DNA of 61,886 nt, the filler included, from Chiloscyllium plagiosum (Eukaryota): the NCBI RefSeq assembly GCF_004010195.1. It is 6 parts of one record of this genome, joined end to end, with 100 filler letters (N's around TTAATTAATTAA, not from the genome) between each part and the next. Parts side by side here need not be neighbours in the genome. Positions count along the whole stretch, not along the records: positions 47,001 to 55,970 come from NC_057711.1; positions 56,071 to 61,886 come from NC_057711.1; 4 more parts are not named here. The stretch is one strand, 5' to 3'. How positions within the stretch are numbered: the stretch's first letter is position 1; every line of letters starts with the position of its first letter. A model generated the notes under the pieces. It saw nothing but the letters and a program-made list of their open reading frames with translations, had not been told where the DNA came from and ran no database searches. Below are positions 50,465-61,573 of the stretch, piece by piece. Position numbers and translations under genes: made by a program.

Positions 50465-51120
50465 ACGTTATGGATGCAGTTGTTGACTTGCTCACTGAGC
50501 TGGTAGGTTTGTTCGCAGACATTTCATCGCCATACTAGGTAATATCATCAATGTGCCTCCGATGAAGCGCTGGTGTTCTGACCCACTTGCTATTTATGTG
50601 TCCCGGTTTGCTGAGGTGGGTGGTATCATTTCGGATTTTGTTTCTTAGTGGTTGGTATATTGGGTCGAAATCTACAAGCCTGTTATTCGTGATCCGGGTT
50701 GAGTGCCAGACCTCCAGTAATTCCCGTGCATGTCTTTATTTGGTCTGTACCCTGATGACTAGTTTTCTTCCAGTTTGCCCTATGTAATGTTTGTTGCAGT
50801 CTTTACATGGTATATTGTATATCACTTTGCGTTCTGTTAGTTGTGGGAGTGGGCTCCTTTATACTCATCAGTAGTTGTTGTAGTGTAGGAGAGTAGTGTA
50901 GTTGTCGGTTTGTGGGTAATCATGATACTTAGAGTTCGGAGTAGTTTTTTTGATCATTTCCAATATGTCCTTGACATATGGCAGGGTGACCAATGTTTCA
51001 GGACATGTTGTTCCTTCCTGTTGTGGTCTGTTGTGTAGGTAGTGGTGGACCATGCTTTTGGGTAACTGTTGTTTTTGAAGATGCTGTATAGGTGTTCTTC
51101 GGCTTTGCGCAACTCCAGGG
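50465..51120 (-). mobile_element. Penelope-like element of a fourth family: GIY-YIG endonuclease remnant + terminus
   Basis: Minus strand TLPYVKD, then VIYNIPCKDCNKHYIGQTGRKL (about 50760-50825), then RHARELLEVWHS. Degenerate hammerhead at 50516-50553. Confidence 0.85.
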
Positions 51121-51139
51121 TGCTGCAGTGTGTTACTGC

Positions 51140-51800
51140 TCACTTGAGCAATGTTCTCAGCCTGGTGTCTTCATGGTTCATGGTGGTTCCAAGCCTGGTC
51201 TCTTAGCAGCTCGTGGTAGCACTCAGCCTGGTGCTCCAATGGCTTGTGGCGGGTCTCAGCCTGGTCTCTGTGGCTCATGGCGATCCTGGCCTGGTCTCTC
51301 AGTGGCTTGTGGTGGATCCCTGCCTGGTTTCTCACTGTTCATGGTGGGTCCTAGCCTGGTCTCTCGGTGGTGTGGCAGTTCTTGGCTAGTCTCTTGGCTG
51401 CTCATATTGATTTCCGGCCTGGTGTCTCAGCAACTCAACGTGGGTCTCAGCCTAGTATCTCAGTGGCATGGCTGTTCTCAGCCTGGCCTCTTGATGGCTC
51501 GTTTCAGGTCCAAGCCTGGTCTCTCTGCAGCTCAGCCTGGTTCCTCAGCACCTCATGGCAGGTTCTGGTCTGATCTCTCAGCACCTCGTGCAGGTCCCAG
51601 CCTGGTCTCCCAGCAGCTCAGCCTGGTTCCTCAGCACCTCATGCAGGTCGTAGCCTGGTTTCCCAGCAGCTCAGCCTGGTTCCTCAGCACTTTGTGCAGG
51701 TCGTAGCCTGGTCTCTTGGTGGCTCTTGGTGGGCATGGCCTTGACTCTTAGTGGAATGTCGGCTGGTCTGTCAGTGGTTCATGGCAGTGTCTCGGCTCAG
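51140..51800. repeat. GC-rich minisatellite, unit about 33 bp
   Basis: Roughly 20 diverged copies anchored on CAGCCTGGTCTC. Confidence 0.85.
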
Positions 51801-52224
51801 CATGTGAATGATCCTGCCCAGGCATGTTCCTGAGGCACTGGGGGAGAATGGAGAAGTAGCAGTTTCAGCAGCAGCGACAGTATCTGTTACTGCGGTGGTG
51901 GCATCAAGAACAGACAGCAGCGCAAGATCAGTGGAGGTGTCATCAAAGATTGGTGAACTTTTAACTTTTTCCTTTATTTTCCAAGTTTAATCAATGAAAG
52001 ACTTTAAAAAAATTATTACCTAATTCTTTGTTTTTCTACTGTTCTATGAAGTAATGCGTAACTTCTTAACTCTCGTTTCTCTTACTGCACTCTACCTAAG
52101 CTTTTTTGTACCGAGGTACCTGGGTACCTAAGATGGCGACATTTTACATTTTTCACTGTACTCCTATACTTCTGTACTTGAGTACATGCGACAATAAAAT
52201 TTAAAATCTAAAATCTAAATCTAA
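51801..52224 (+). mobile_element. Non-LTR retroelement 3' region attached to the minisatellite
   Basis: Ends TTTCACTGTACTC...GTACATGCGACAATAAAA followed by (AAATCT)n, resembling Rex1-type tails (compare 40735-40765). Confidence 0.5.
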
Positions 52225-52451
52225 AGTCTCATTCTTGAGATAAACTATAAACTTAGGGTTGTCTGGTCCCAGACATCTGTTATCAGACTGCCTCTTGCAG
52301 ATATGAGTGAGTATCCTTCCTGTAAGATTCTTTGTTTTATCTGTTACCTTGGATTTATCTCAAAGTTACTACTGTTCTAACTTATTATCTTACTTTAATG
52401 CTGAACTAGTCCTTTTTGGTGCGACAACTAAAATCTTCTCCACCATTTTTA

Positions 52452-52607
52452 TGGAGAAAGTGAGGACGACAGATGCTGGAGATCAGAGTCGAGTGTGTGG
52501 TGCTGGAAAAACACAGCAGTTCAGGCAGCATCAAGGAGCAGGAGAATCGACGGTCGGGCATAAACCCTTCCCTGACCTGCTGTGCTTTTCCAGCACCACA
52601 ATCTTGA
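52452..52607. mobile_element. Miniature PLE fold-back unit (about 156 bp) inside a decayed minus-strand CR1 endonuclease fragment (about 52230-53010)
   Basis: 14-bp TSD CTCCACCATTTTTA at 52438-52451 and 52608-52621; inverted arms. Confidence 0.85.
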
Positions 52608-53194
52608 CTCCACCATTTTTACTCCAACTAAAAAAATCCATAGGCTGCCGTCTTGTGCCATGGGCTGCCTCAGCAGACTACTTATATCTTGTTTCAAAAA
52701 ACTGTCCTCCCCCTTTAAGCCCCTGGCACTAAGCGAGTCCCTGTCAATACAGGGGAACAACCTTGTTGTTTTCACATTTTTCCATAATCTGTCCACGTAT
52801 CTGTTTCTCTATCACCATTGGCTGCTGGGAAGTCTGTAGTACAATTCCCCCAAAGTAATTGAACCTTTCCAATTCCTCAGCTCTACCCATATGCCCAAAT
52901 GGATGAGACCTCCAAGGTGTGCTCCCTCAGTACAACTGTGATATTCTCCCTTATCAGTGAATTAACTCCAATACCTCTTTTACATCCGTGTCTATCTCAC
53001 CTTAAACATTTTTAAAAATCATTTATGGGATTTGGATATTGCTGGCTGGCCATACCTAGTTGCTCTTGAGAAGATGGTAGTAAGCTGCCTTCTTGAATAG
53101 CTGCAGTCCACCTGCTATTGGTTGACCACAATGCCATCAGGGAGGGAATTCCAGGTTTTTGACCTAGCGATAGTAAAAGGTACAGTGATATATT

Positions 53195-55458
53195 TCACAT
53201 ATAGATAAGTTGCAGAGCTGGGCAGAAAGATGGCAAATGGAGTTCAATGTAGGTAAGCGTGAGGTGATTCACTTTGGTAAGAGTAACAAAAAGATGGGGT
53301 ACTGGGCTAATGGTCGGATACTTGGTAGTGTGGATGAGCAGAGGGATCTTGGTGTCCATGTACACAGATCTCTGAAAGTTGCCACCCAGGTAAATAGTGC
53401 GGAGGTTTAGGGGTGACTTGATAGAGGTGTATAAGATGATTAGGGGTTTAGATAGGGTCGACAGTGAGAATCTTTTTCCACGTATGGAGTCAGCTATTAC
53501 AAGGGGGCATAGCTTTAAGTTAAGGGGTGGTAGGTATAGGACAGATGTTAGGGGTAGATTCTTTACTCAGCGAGTCGTGAGTTCATGGAATGCCCTGCCA
53601 GTAGCAGTGGTGGACTCTCCCTCTTTATGGGAATTTAAACGGGCATTGGATAGGCATAATGGAGGATAGTGGGCTGGTGTAGGTTAGGTGGGCTTGGATC
53701 GGCGCAACATCGAGGGGGAAAGGGCCTGTACTGCGCTGTATTTTTCTATGTTATATGTTCTAAGTCAGGATGGGGATGAGCTTGAAGGGGAACATGCAGG
53801 TGGTGGTGTTCCCATGTGGTGCTGCCTGAGGATCTTTGGTGAATTTATCATCCGAGGATACAGGTCCACTGCTGGTCGGAGGAGGCAAAGGATCAACTCT
53901 GGTGCTGTCTGGAATCGGCTGATTGGGCCATGTTCAAACAGTCCGCAGGACTGTGTATGTGTATGTCACCATCGATTTATGAAGGGGAAATCATGCTTGA
54001 CTAATCTTCTTGAATTTTTTGAGGATGTAACTCTGAAGATGGACGAGGGAGATCCAGTAGATGTAGTGTACCTGGACTTTCAGAAAGCTTTTGATAAAGT
54101 CCCACACAGGAGGTTAGTGAGGAAAATTAGGGTGCATGGTATTGGGGGCAAAGTACCAGATTGGATTGAAAATTGGTTGGCTGACAGGAAACAAAGGGTA
54201 GTGATAAATGGCTCTATTTCGGAATGGCAGGCAGTGACTAGTGGGGTATCGCAGGGATCTGTGCTGGGACCGCAGCTTTTTACAATATATGTTAATGATA
54301 TAGAAGATGGTATCAGCAATAACATTAGCAAATTTGCTGATGATACAAAGCAGTATACCACAGGGATTGGTAGAGGGTCCATTTTTGTTTGTCATTTATA
54401 GAAAGGATTTATATTAGAATGTAGAAAACATGGATAGTAAGTTTGCAGATGAAACCAAGATTGATGATACAGTGGGCAGTGAAGAAGATTATCTTAGACT
54501 ACAAAGAGTGGGAGCAGCGGCCGAGTTGAGGTGAACCCGGGAGACTTGTAGTTTAGGTGGGCTTGGATCGGCGCAACATCGAGGGCCCAAGGGCCTGTAC
54601 TGCGCTGTATTCTTCTATGTTCTATGTTCTAGACCTTAATCAATTGGATCAATGAGCTGAGGAGTAGCAGATGGAGTTTAAATTGAATAAATATGAAGTA
54701 TCACATTTTGGTAAAACAAAGAATGGAAATTAGGCCCTTGGTAGTGTTACAGAACTGAGAGACCTAGGGATTCAGATTCATAATTCTTTGAAGTTTGTTT
54801 CACAGGTAGACATGGTGGTTAAGAAGATGTTTAGTATCCTTACCTTCATTGCTCAGACCATTGATTATTTCAGTTGGAACGTCATGTTCAGATTGTACAG
54901 GATAAGATTGTAGATAAGACATCTTCAGATGTTTGTGTACAGTTCTAGCCATCCTGCTCTTGGAAGGATATTATTAAATTGGAGAGGGTTCAGAAAAAGA
55001 TTTACCAGGATGTTGCCGGGAATGGAAGGTTTGAGTTATTAAGATAGGTTACTTTTATCACTGGAGCTTTGGAGGTTGAGGAGTGACCTTATAGAGATTT
55101 ATAAAATCATGAGTGACATAGATACAGTGAATAGCAAATGTCTTTTCCCTAGGGTGGGGGAGTACAAAACTAGAGGGCATGTTTTTAAGGTAAGAGGAGA
55201 AAGATTTAAAAAGGGCACGAAGAGCATTTGTTTTACACAGAGAATGGTTCATATGTGTAATGAACTGCCAGAGGAAATGGTGGATGAAGGTACAGTTACA
55301 ATACTTTAAAGACATTTGGATACGTACGTGAATATTAAATGTTTGGAAGAATATGAGTCAAATACAGGCAAGTGGGGCTAGTTTGGTTTGGGAGCATTGT
55401 CGGGTGGCCTAGTTGAATTGAAGGATCTGTTTCCATGCTGTATGACTGTCTGACTGTA
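53195..55458 (+). mobile_element. Mosaic of CR1 LINE RT and 3' fragments from several subfamilies
   Basis: 53970-54350 is a well-preserved RT stretch (KGKSCLTNLLEFFE..YLDFQKAFDKVPH..QGSVLGPQLFTIYVND..KFADDTK). Tails at about 53760, 54630 and 55455. Confidence 0.85.
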
Positions 55459-55709
55459 AGTGGAGGAGCAGCCCTAATGGCCTTGTTTGTATATTTGTAT
55501 GTTAGTGGAGCACACACGGTTGTGTAAAAAGATGGTGAGGGTGGTGCTCACAAATGAAAACACTTGAGAAAATACATTATTAATTAAAATTGTATGGAAA
55601 TGCTATTTGCCAAAAAAATCTAGAGGCTAACACATTTGATCCATGTGGCTTATCCATGAATTCAAAAGTGTCATTTTTTTTATAGATCAGTGGATGATGA
55701 AGAATAGTT

Positions 55710-56282
55710 AGAACATAGAACATAGAACATAGAACAATACAGCACAGAACAGGCCCTTCGGCCCACGATGTTGTGCCGAACTTCTAACCTAGATTAAGTA
55801 CCCATCCATGTACCTATCCAAATGCCGCTTAAAGGTCGCCAATGATTCCGACTCTACCACTCCCACGGGCAGCGCATTCCAAACATTAACCACCCTCTGT
55901 GTGAAAACGTTGCCCCTTAGATCTTTTTTATATCTTTCCCCTCTCACCCTAAACCTATGCTCTCTAGTTCNNNNNNNNNNNNNNNNNNNNNNNNNNNNNN
56001 NNNNNNNNNNNNNNTTAATTAATTAANNNNNNNNNNNNNNNNNNNNNNNNNNNNNNNNNNNNNNNNNNNNGAGCCACAGACCCCTTCACTGCAGCTTACA
56101 CCTGCAACGCTGTCCCCCTCAACAGTTTCCAAAGCTGTATACTTATTTTTTAGGGGAACGACCACAGGGGAACCCTGCACTGCCTGCTTCTTCCCCTTCC
56201 CACCTCTAACTGTTACCCAGCTACCTCTGTTCTCCGGCGTAACTATGTCCCTGTAGCTTCCTGTAGCTTCTATCAATCACCC
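55710..56282 (-). mobile_element. CR1 tail and ORF1 fragment flanking an assembly spacer
   Basis: (AGAACAT)n tail. 56071-56280 matches ORF1 of 41690-41880. Confidence 0.8.
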
Positions 56283-56749
56283 ATCAGAAGGCAACAGGTC
56301 AAAGTACCTTACTTTAACTGGGGAGTACTAATAAGTTAAAACTGACAGAGCCTCATTCTAAGAAGCTGCCAGATCATAATTGCCTGACAGTTTATTGGAA
56401 AATCACTGAAAAATAAACAAATTGGCAGATCAAGTGCAAATTGTTGGAATGAATTTCATTTTTATTGTCTTGTTCAGAGATGGAGCTATGAAACACATTA
56501 AATAATTAATCTTTCTGTGAAGCAGTCTGGGTAGCTTTATGAACTGCTTGTTATTTTAATGAAAAAATGTTAGATGAACATATTCAAAAATATGCAATGC
56601 AGGAAGTTTATTTCGTTTAAAAAAACACGGACAAACTTGCACCTGATTTTTTTAAAGCAAAAAAAATCATTATTTAAGAAACCTGTGATCTTTAAATTAG
56701 AATTTAATCATTGGGAAATTAATGATCCATTAATACCTTCTCCTGAAGG

Positions 56750-57055
56750 CTCACACCTAAATGCACCTTGGCTGAACTCTGTAAGATAGAAGAGTCCCTG
56801 GTTTGATCTGTGCTCTGAATTGGTCAGTATTAGCCAAAATCTTGTATCTGGTCTCAGCATCTCTAGGATGCAGGGTAGAAAAGAGACAGACTTTCCATTC
56901 TTGGTCATCAACCAAAATCCACAGTGCTGGTGAGGATGTCAGACTTGGCTGTGATTAATCCATGGTTTAATAAACAGACAAAAGCAACAACTGTGCACAT
57001 TCCAGAATGAGGAATGAAGAATGGTCGCTTGGAAGAAGTACTGGAGACAATGTAG
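56750..57055 (+). mobile_element. Ancient tRNA SINE relic, AmnSINE2-like
   Basis: GTCCCTGGTTTGATC B-box, GTGAGGA..CTTGGCTGTGAT and ATGAAGAATGGTCGCTTGG..GTACTGGAG. Recognised from memory only. Confidence 0.5.
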
Positions 57056-57209
57056 AGCCAATCAAAACATACCCTGCTAGCTCCAGCTTCAGGATAAGTA
57101 GGAGGAGATTAAAGGAGAAATATGAATCAAAGAAGATCTATTGTTGAATACTGTTAAATAGTGAAAAATCACACAGAAGATAAGATCATTTGAACATTTA
57201 TTTCTGTAC

Positions 57210-57844
57210 TGTTATGGACCAAACCCAATCCCTTCAATACATTGAGGAGATACCTCGACCCTAGTTAGAGGCAAGCGTAAGGTGAGATGTTCCAGATATA
57301 ATTCGATTTTAAACAAAACACAATTTATTCTTACTCTACAATTAAAATACAATCAAAAGGAAGAAGAATTGGTCTAACTTTAAGTCTATTGGAAAACTTA
57401 ACAGAATAATAAATTATTTAACTACTAAACAGCAACCGTTTCAATATAGTAACATCCATAAATACTCATTTGACAAAGGCAAATTCAGTTAAAATTGTTT
57501 CTCATGCATTATTTTTCCAGTCTAGGAGGAAAGAACATCAAGAGAAAATACTGGCAGAGAGAGAGAGAGAGAACATTAGCATTTTGCTGTAGAAGGGAGA
57601 GATATATGGCAGCTTCAAAACTTCAACAACTACTAAAAACTAAAGTAAAACCCTGGTTCTGTATCAAGCTGACTCCGCTCATTCATGCTGCTTCGGGTGT
57701 TCCAAGTCTTTAAAAAAACCAAATGCTTCACAAGTTGCTTACTTTATTGACTTGGAACAGATCACACAACACCTCTGTCTCAACCTCTCTTCTTAAAAAA
57801 AAACAAGGACAAAGTGCATCTCTTAAAGCCATAGTATCGTCACA
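57210..57844. mobile_element. Solo LTR
   Basis: TGTTATGGACC...GTATCGTCACA, with 4-bp TSD GTAC/ATAC. Confidence 0.7.
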
Positions 57845-58281
57845 ATACACTATTTAAATTCTGGTAAGCATGTGCTTAAATAATAACTTAGGTAATATTG
57901 CATTACTTGCAAACAGATAACATCATAGAATCACTCGCAATTTTTGAGATAATGAGAAACAGAGAAGGATGCCATTTGACCCATCATACCTGTGCCAATA
58001 TGAAGAATACAGGATGTAGTAAAAAAATTCTGATAGTTCTGAAACTACTTCAGGCAATAAGAATTGACTTGCCAAACAATCAGCACCCTTTATTCATGTA
58101 TATAAAGCTGTTGTAATCATTTAATATTTGGAAGTTGTGTGTTTGTCCTGATCAGTGCAAAGTAAAAAGCCTTGGCGATATGTCTCACATAGCTTATTGT
58201 TAAAAAGCCAAAGCTAACCAAATAGTCCCACAACACTGATAGTTTTTAAAATTGTTTTAAAGTATTTTTTCAAGTACTTAC

Positions 58282-58444
58282 TCAATTTTTGATTTTGTTC
58301 AGCTCTTTCATACAGTGCTTGCTCCATACTCAGCAGCTTCAGCTTTTGCCAAAAGGTTGCTCTGCCCAGCCCAACTCCCAGAGATCTAGCCATCTCTGAG
58401 TGAAAGTCCAACTTGAGAGCAGTCTTTTGCCTCCATTTACTGCA
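58282..58444 (-). CDS. Candidate coding exon of an unidentified host gene
   Basis: Acceptor TTTAATCAG and strong donor A|GTAAGT. One open frame, CSKWRQKTALKLDFHSEMARSLGVGLGRATFWQKLKLLSMEQALYERAEQNQKL. GC higher than flanks. Confidence 0.5.
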
Positions 58445-58771
58445 CTGATTAAAGCACGTATCATTAACAATTATTTAGCTTGCTACTCAGAAAGAAAGTC
58501 CAAAGAACACTTGCTTCTGAAACCTAATATATTTACTTAATTTATCACGTGATTAGAAAAGAACATTTGTCTAACCTTTCAATGCTTATGTAACATTCCA
58601 ATAGGATTACCTTAATCAATAGAATCAAAAACATAAAAATATCAAACCTTTCTAATTTTCTTTCCCTTAAGCTGATTGAATATGTTTCATTGACAGCATT
58701 TTGTGCTTTTTGGGATGTGTGAAGTGTCTGACTAAATATTCTGTCCTCCTGTTGAAAGGAAATATTGATAC

Positions 58772-58834
58772 TGCCTTTTGCACAACATGCACTGTTCTTT
58801 CAATCTCATGTTGTGAAAACCTTGAGATAAAAGA
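58772..58834 (-). CDS. Candidate coding exon
   Basis: Strong acceptor TTCTTTTCCCACCGCAG, reading SFISRFSQHEIERTVHVVQKA. Donor weak (GTATCA, or a GC donor 3 nt earlier). Phase 0/0. Confidence 0.35.
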
Positions 58835-58978
58835 CTGCGGTGGGAAAAGAATCATATTTATAATGTTCATTTGTACAAAAAAGCATAAGTTAAGCATACC
58901 AGAACCAAGATTGTGTGAACACAGAATGAGTTGTACTTATTTGAAATTAATAATAGTTTTCTAAAACTAATTAAATAC

Positions 58979-59127
58979 CCTAGGCAATAGTTGCTCAGCA
59001 AACATAAATAGTACAGACAGGTGAATAACAAATGTCGAAATATGATTAGAAAAACAATGTTCAAATAAGCATTCTGAATTTGGAGATGCTACTGATCTGA
59101 ACTTTTTCAAACATTTTGTGTTTCTGC
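58979..59127 (-). CDS. Candidate coding exon
   Basis: Strong acceptor TGTTGTTTTCTTTCAG; open frame RNTKCLKKFRSVASPNSEC...QLLPR to AGG|GTATTT. Confidence 0.3.
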
Positions 59128-59781
59128 CTGAAAGAAAACAACACAGTAGGGGAGAATGTATTCAACATTACAAACAATAAAATGATATTTTTGGAACAGT
59201 TACTGGAAGGAAGAGGAGTTATGGTTAAGGGAAATCTGCACACTTAATAGAATGGATAAATTGCATCATTTAAAGACAGGAGCACAGACAATTTGATAAT
59301 AACTACTTTGTGTGGGATGGTAATAATGGGGCTTAAATGCGCTAACAGCACCATAATGGCAACAGACAGCATAGAAAAATTTAAATATGACATTTGAGAA
59401 ACTGGGGAGAAAAGACATGGTTCTTAAGCATAACTAAGGGATATTCTTGTCCTATGTTTCTAAGGGTTCACCATCTCATATCTTGAATTATTTTAGGAAA
59501 TGACATGACCATAGGAGTTAATTTTCAGAGATAACTGTGATGATGCATGATAGATGCAAAATTGTGAACATGAGCGATTATAGATGCAGAATTCTGTCAT
59601 ATTTGTTACCACAATGGAACACGAGCAGTGTATACAGTATATTTTAATTATACGAAGATTTTCTTAAAAACGTCTGAAGGTAACATATTCTGAAGGGCAC
59701 CACTCCCATTAACTACCATTTTATGCAATTTTCTAGGTTTTCTGTGGCGTTTTACATTGCAAGTTGATCGGAATGTCGCAC

Positions 59782-59857
59782 CATTATGAAATATATTGTG
59801 CAGCATATCATTCTGCTGTTGCAGGACGTCATTGCAACATGTTTGTTCCTTTTGAGT
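59782..59857 (-). CDS. Candidate coding exon (could extend to 59654)
   Basis: Acceptor TCTTATCTTGCAG, reading TQKEQTCCNDVLQQQNDMLHNIFHN. Donor G|GTGCGA is phase-compatible with the next candidate; locally CpG-rich. Confidence 0.3.
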
Positions 59858-60204
59858 CTGCAAGATAAGATTGCGACAGAGAGACTTCACCAGAGTAGTT
59901 CAAGGATGATTTTTGTACAGATTAGCAGCAATAAGAAATGCATGCCTTTTTAATAAATTTGTGCACTTAGAAATTCCAGTACAGAAATGGGTCATTCAGC
60001 ACAAAAGACTTGTACCACTTTAATTCTTCCCGTGAATTCACCTCATTTCACATAATCGCACCCGATAAAATATCATTCAATGTTTTCTTAATCATGTACT
60101 TAACCCACTTCCCTAGAGCGTTAACCATCTCAAACATTTCATATGACGTTTCATATGTTCACTACCCCTGAGCAACAAACTTAATTCTGAGCTCCTTAAT
60201 GGAT

Positions 60205-61572
60205 TCCTCAATGTTGTGCTGACCTATGAAACCGATCTGAAGCCCATCTAATCTACACTAATCCATTTTCATCCATATGTTTATCCAATGACCATTTAAA
60301 TGCCCTTAAAGTTGGCGAATCTACACCTGTTGCAAGCAGTGCGTTCCATGCCCCTGCTACTCTCTAAGTAAAGAAACTATCTCTGACAACTGTCCTATAT
60401 CTATCACCCCTCACTTTAAAGCTATGTCCCCTCATGCAAGCCATCACCATGAAAAAGACTCTCATTGTCCACCCTATCTAACCCTTTGATTATCTTATAT
60501 GTCTCAATTGTCACCTCTCAACCTTCTTCTCTCTAATGAAAACAGCCTCAAGTCCCTCAGCCTTTCCTCACATGACCTTCCCTCCATACCAGGCAACATC
60601 CTAGTAAATCTCCTCTGAATCCTTTACAAATCTTCCACATCCTTCTGTTAATGCGAAGACCTGAACTGTACGCAATACTCCAAGTGCAGCTGCACCAGAG
60701 TTTTGTACAGCTGCAGCATGACCTTGTGGTTCTGAAACCTTTACCAATAAAAGCTAATTCCCGTATGCCTTCTGAACAAGCCTTTCAACCTTGGTGGCAA
60801 CTTACAAGGATCTATGAACAACAACACTGATGTTTCTCTGCTCATCTACACTACCAAGAATCTTACCATTAGCCCAATGCTCTTTATTTCTGTTGCTCCT
60901 TCCAAAATTAATCATATCATATTTTTCTGCATTAAACTCCATTTGCCACCTCTCAACCCAGCTCTGCAGTGTATCTATGTCCCTCTGTAACCTGCAATAT
61001 CCTTCTGCACTATCCACAACTCCACCGACATTAGTGTCACCCGCAAGTTTATTAACCCATCCATCTGCACCCTCATCTAGGTCATTTAAAAAAATGACAA
61101 ACAGCAGTGGCCCCAAAATAGATCCTTGTGGCACATCACTAGTAACTGAACTCCAGGATTAACATTTCCCATCAACCACCACTCTCTGTCTTCTTTCAGG
61201 TAGCCAATGTCTGATCCAAACTGCTAAATCATCCTCAATCCCATGCCTCTGTATTTTGTTCAATAGCCTAACATTGCTGAAATCCAAATACACCACAGCA
61301 ACCACTTGACCCTCATCCACCTATTTGGTCACCATCTCAAAGAAATCAATAAGGTTTGTGTTGGCTTGTCTACACATTGTGTCAGGAAATCATTCTGCAC
61401 ACATTGGACAAATCTAACCCATCTGAAGTATTTGAACTATAATATAGCTAGTCAATATATTTGGAAAGTTAAAGAACCCCATAACCACTCCCCTGTTACT
61501 CTCACTCCTATCCAGAATTATCTTTACTATTCCTTCCTTTAGAAGTATTTAGAGGTCCTTAGAAAACTCCCA
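60205..61572 (-). mobile_element. CR1 LINE (tail, RT, endonuclease fragment; internally deleted)
   Basis: ORF 60802-61134 PQGSILGPLLFVIFLNDLDEG..WQMEFNAEK. Confidence 0.85.
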
Positions 61573-61573
61573 G

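Noticed and set aside
51092..51706. 204-aa ORF
   Set aside because: Product of a stop-poor GC-rich 33-bp minisatellite; no protein features.
51140..51800. CRISPR-like periodicity
   Set aside because: Whole units are diverged repeats without unique spacers, there are no cas genes, and the context is eukaryotic.
53688..54401. 237-aa ORF with an RT domain
   Set aside because: A chance in-frame join of a CR1 tail, another LINE fragment and a CR1 RT piece; probably a mosaic or mis-join.
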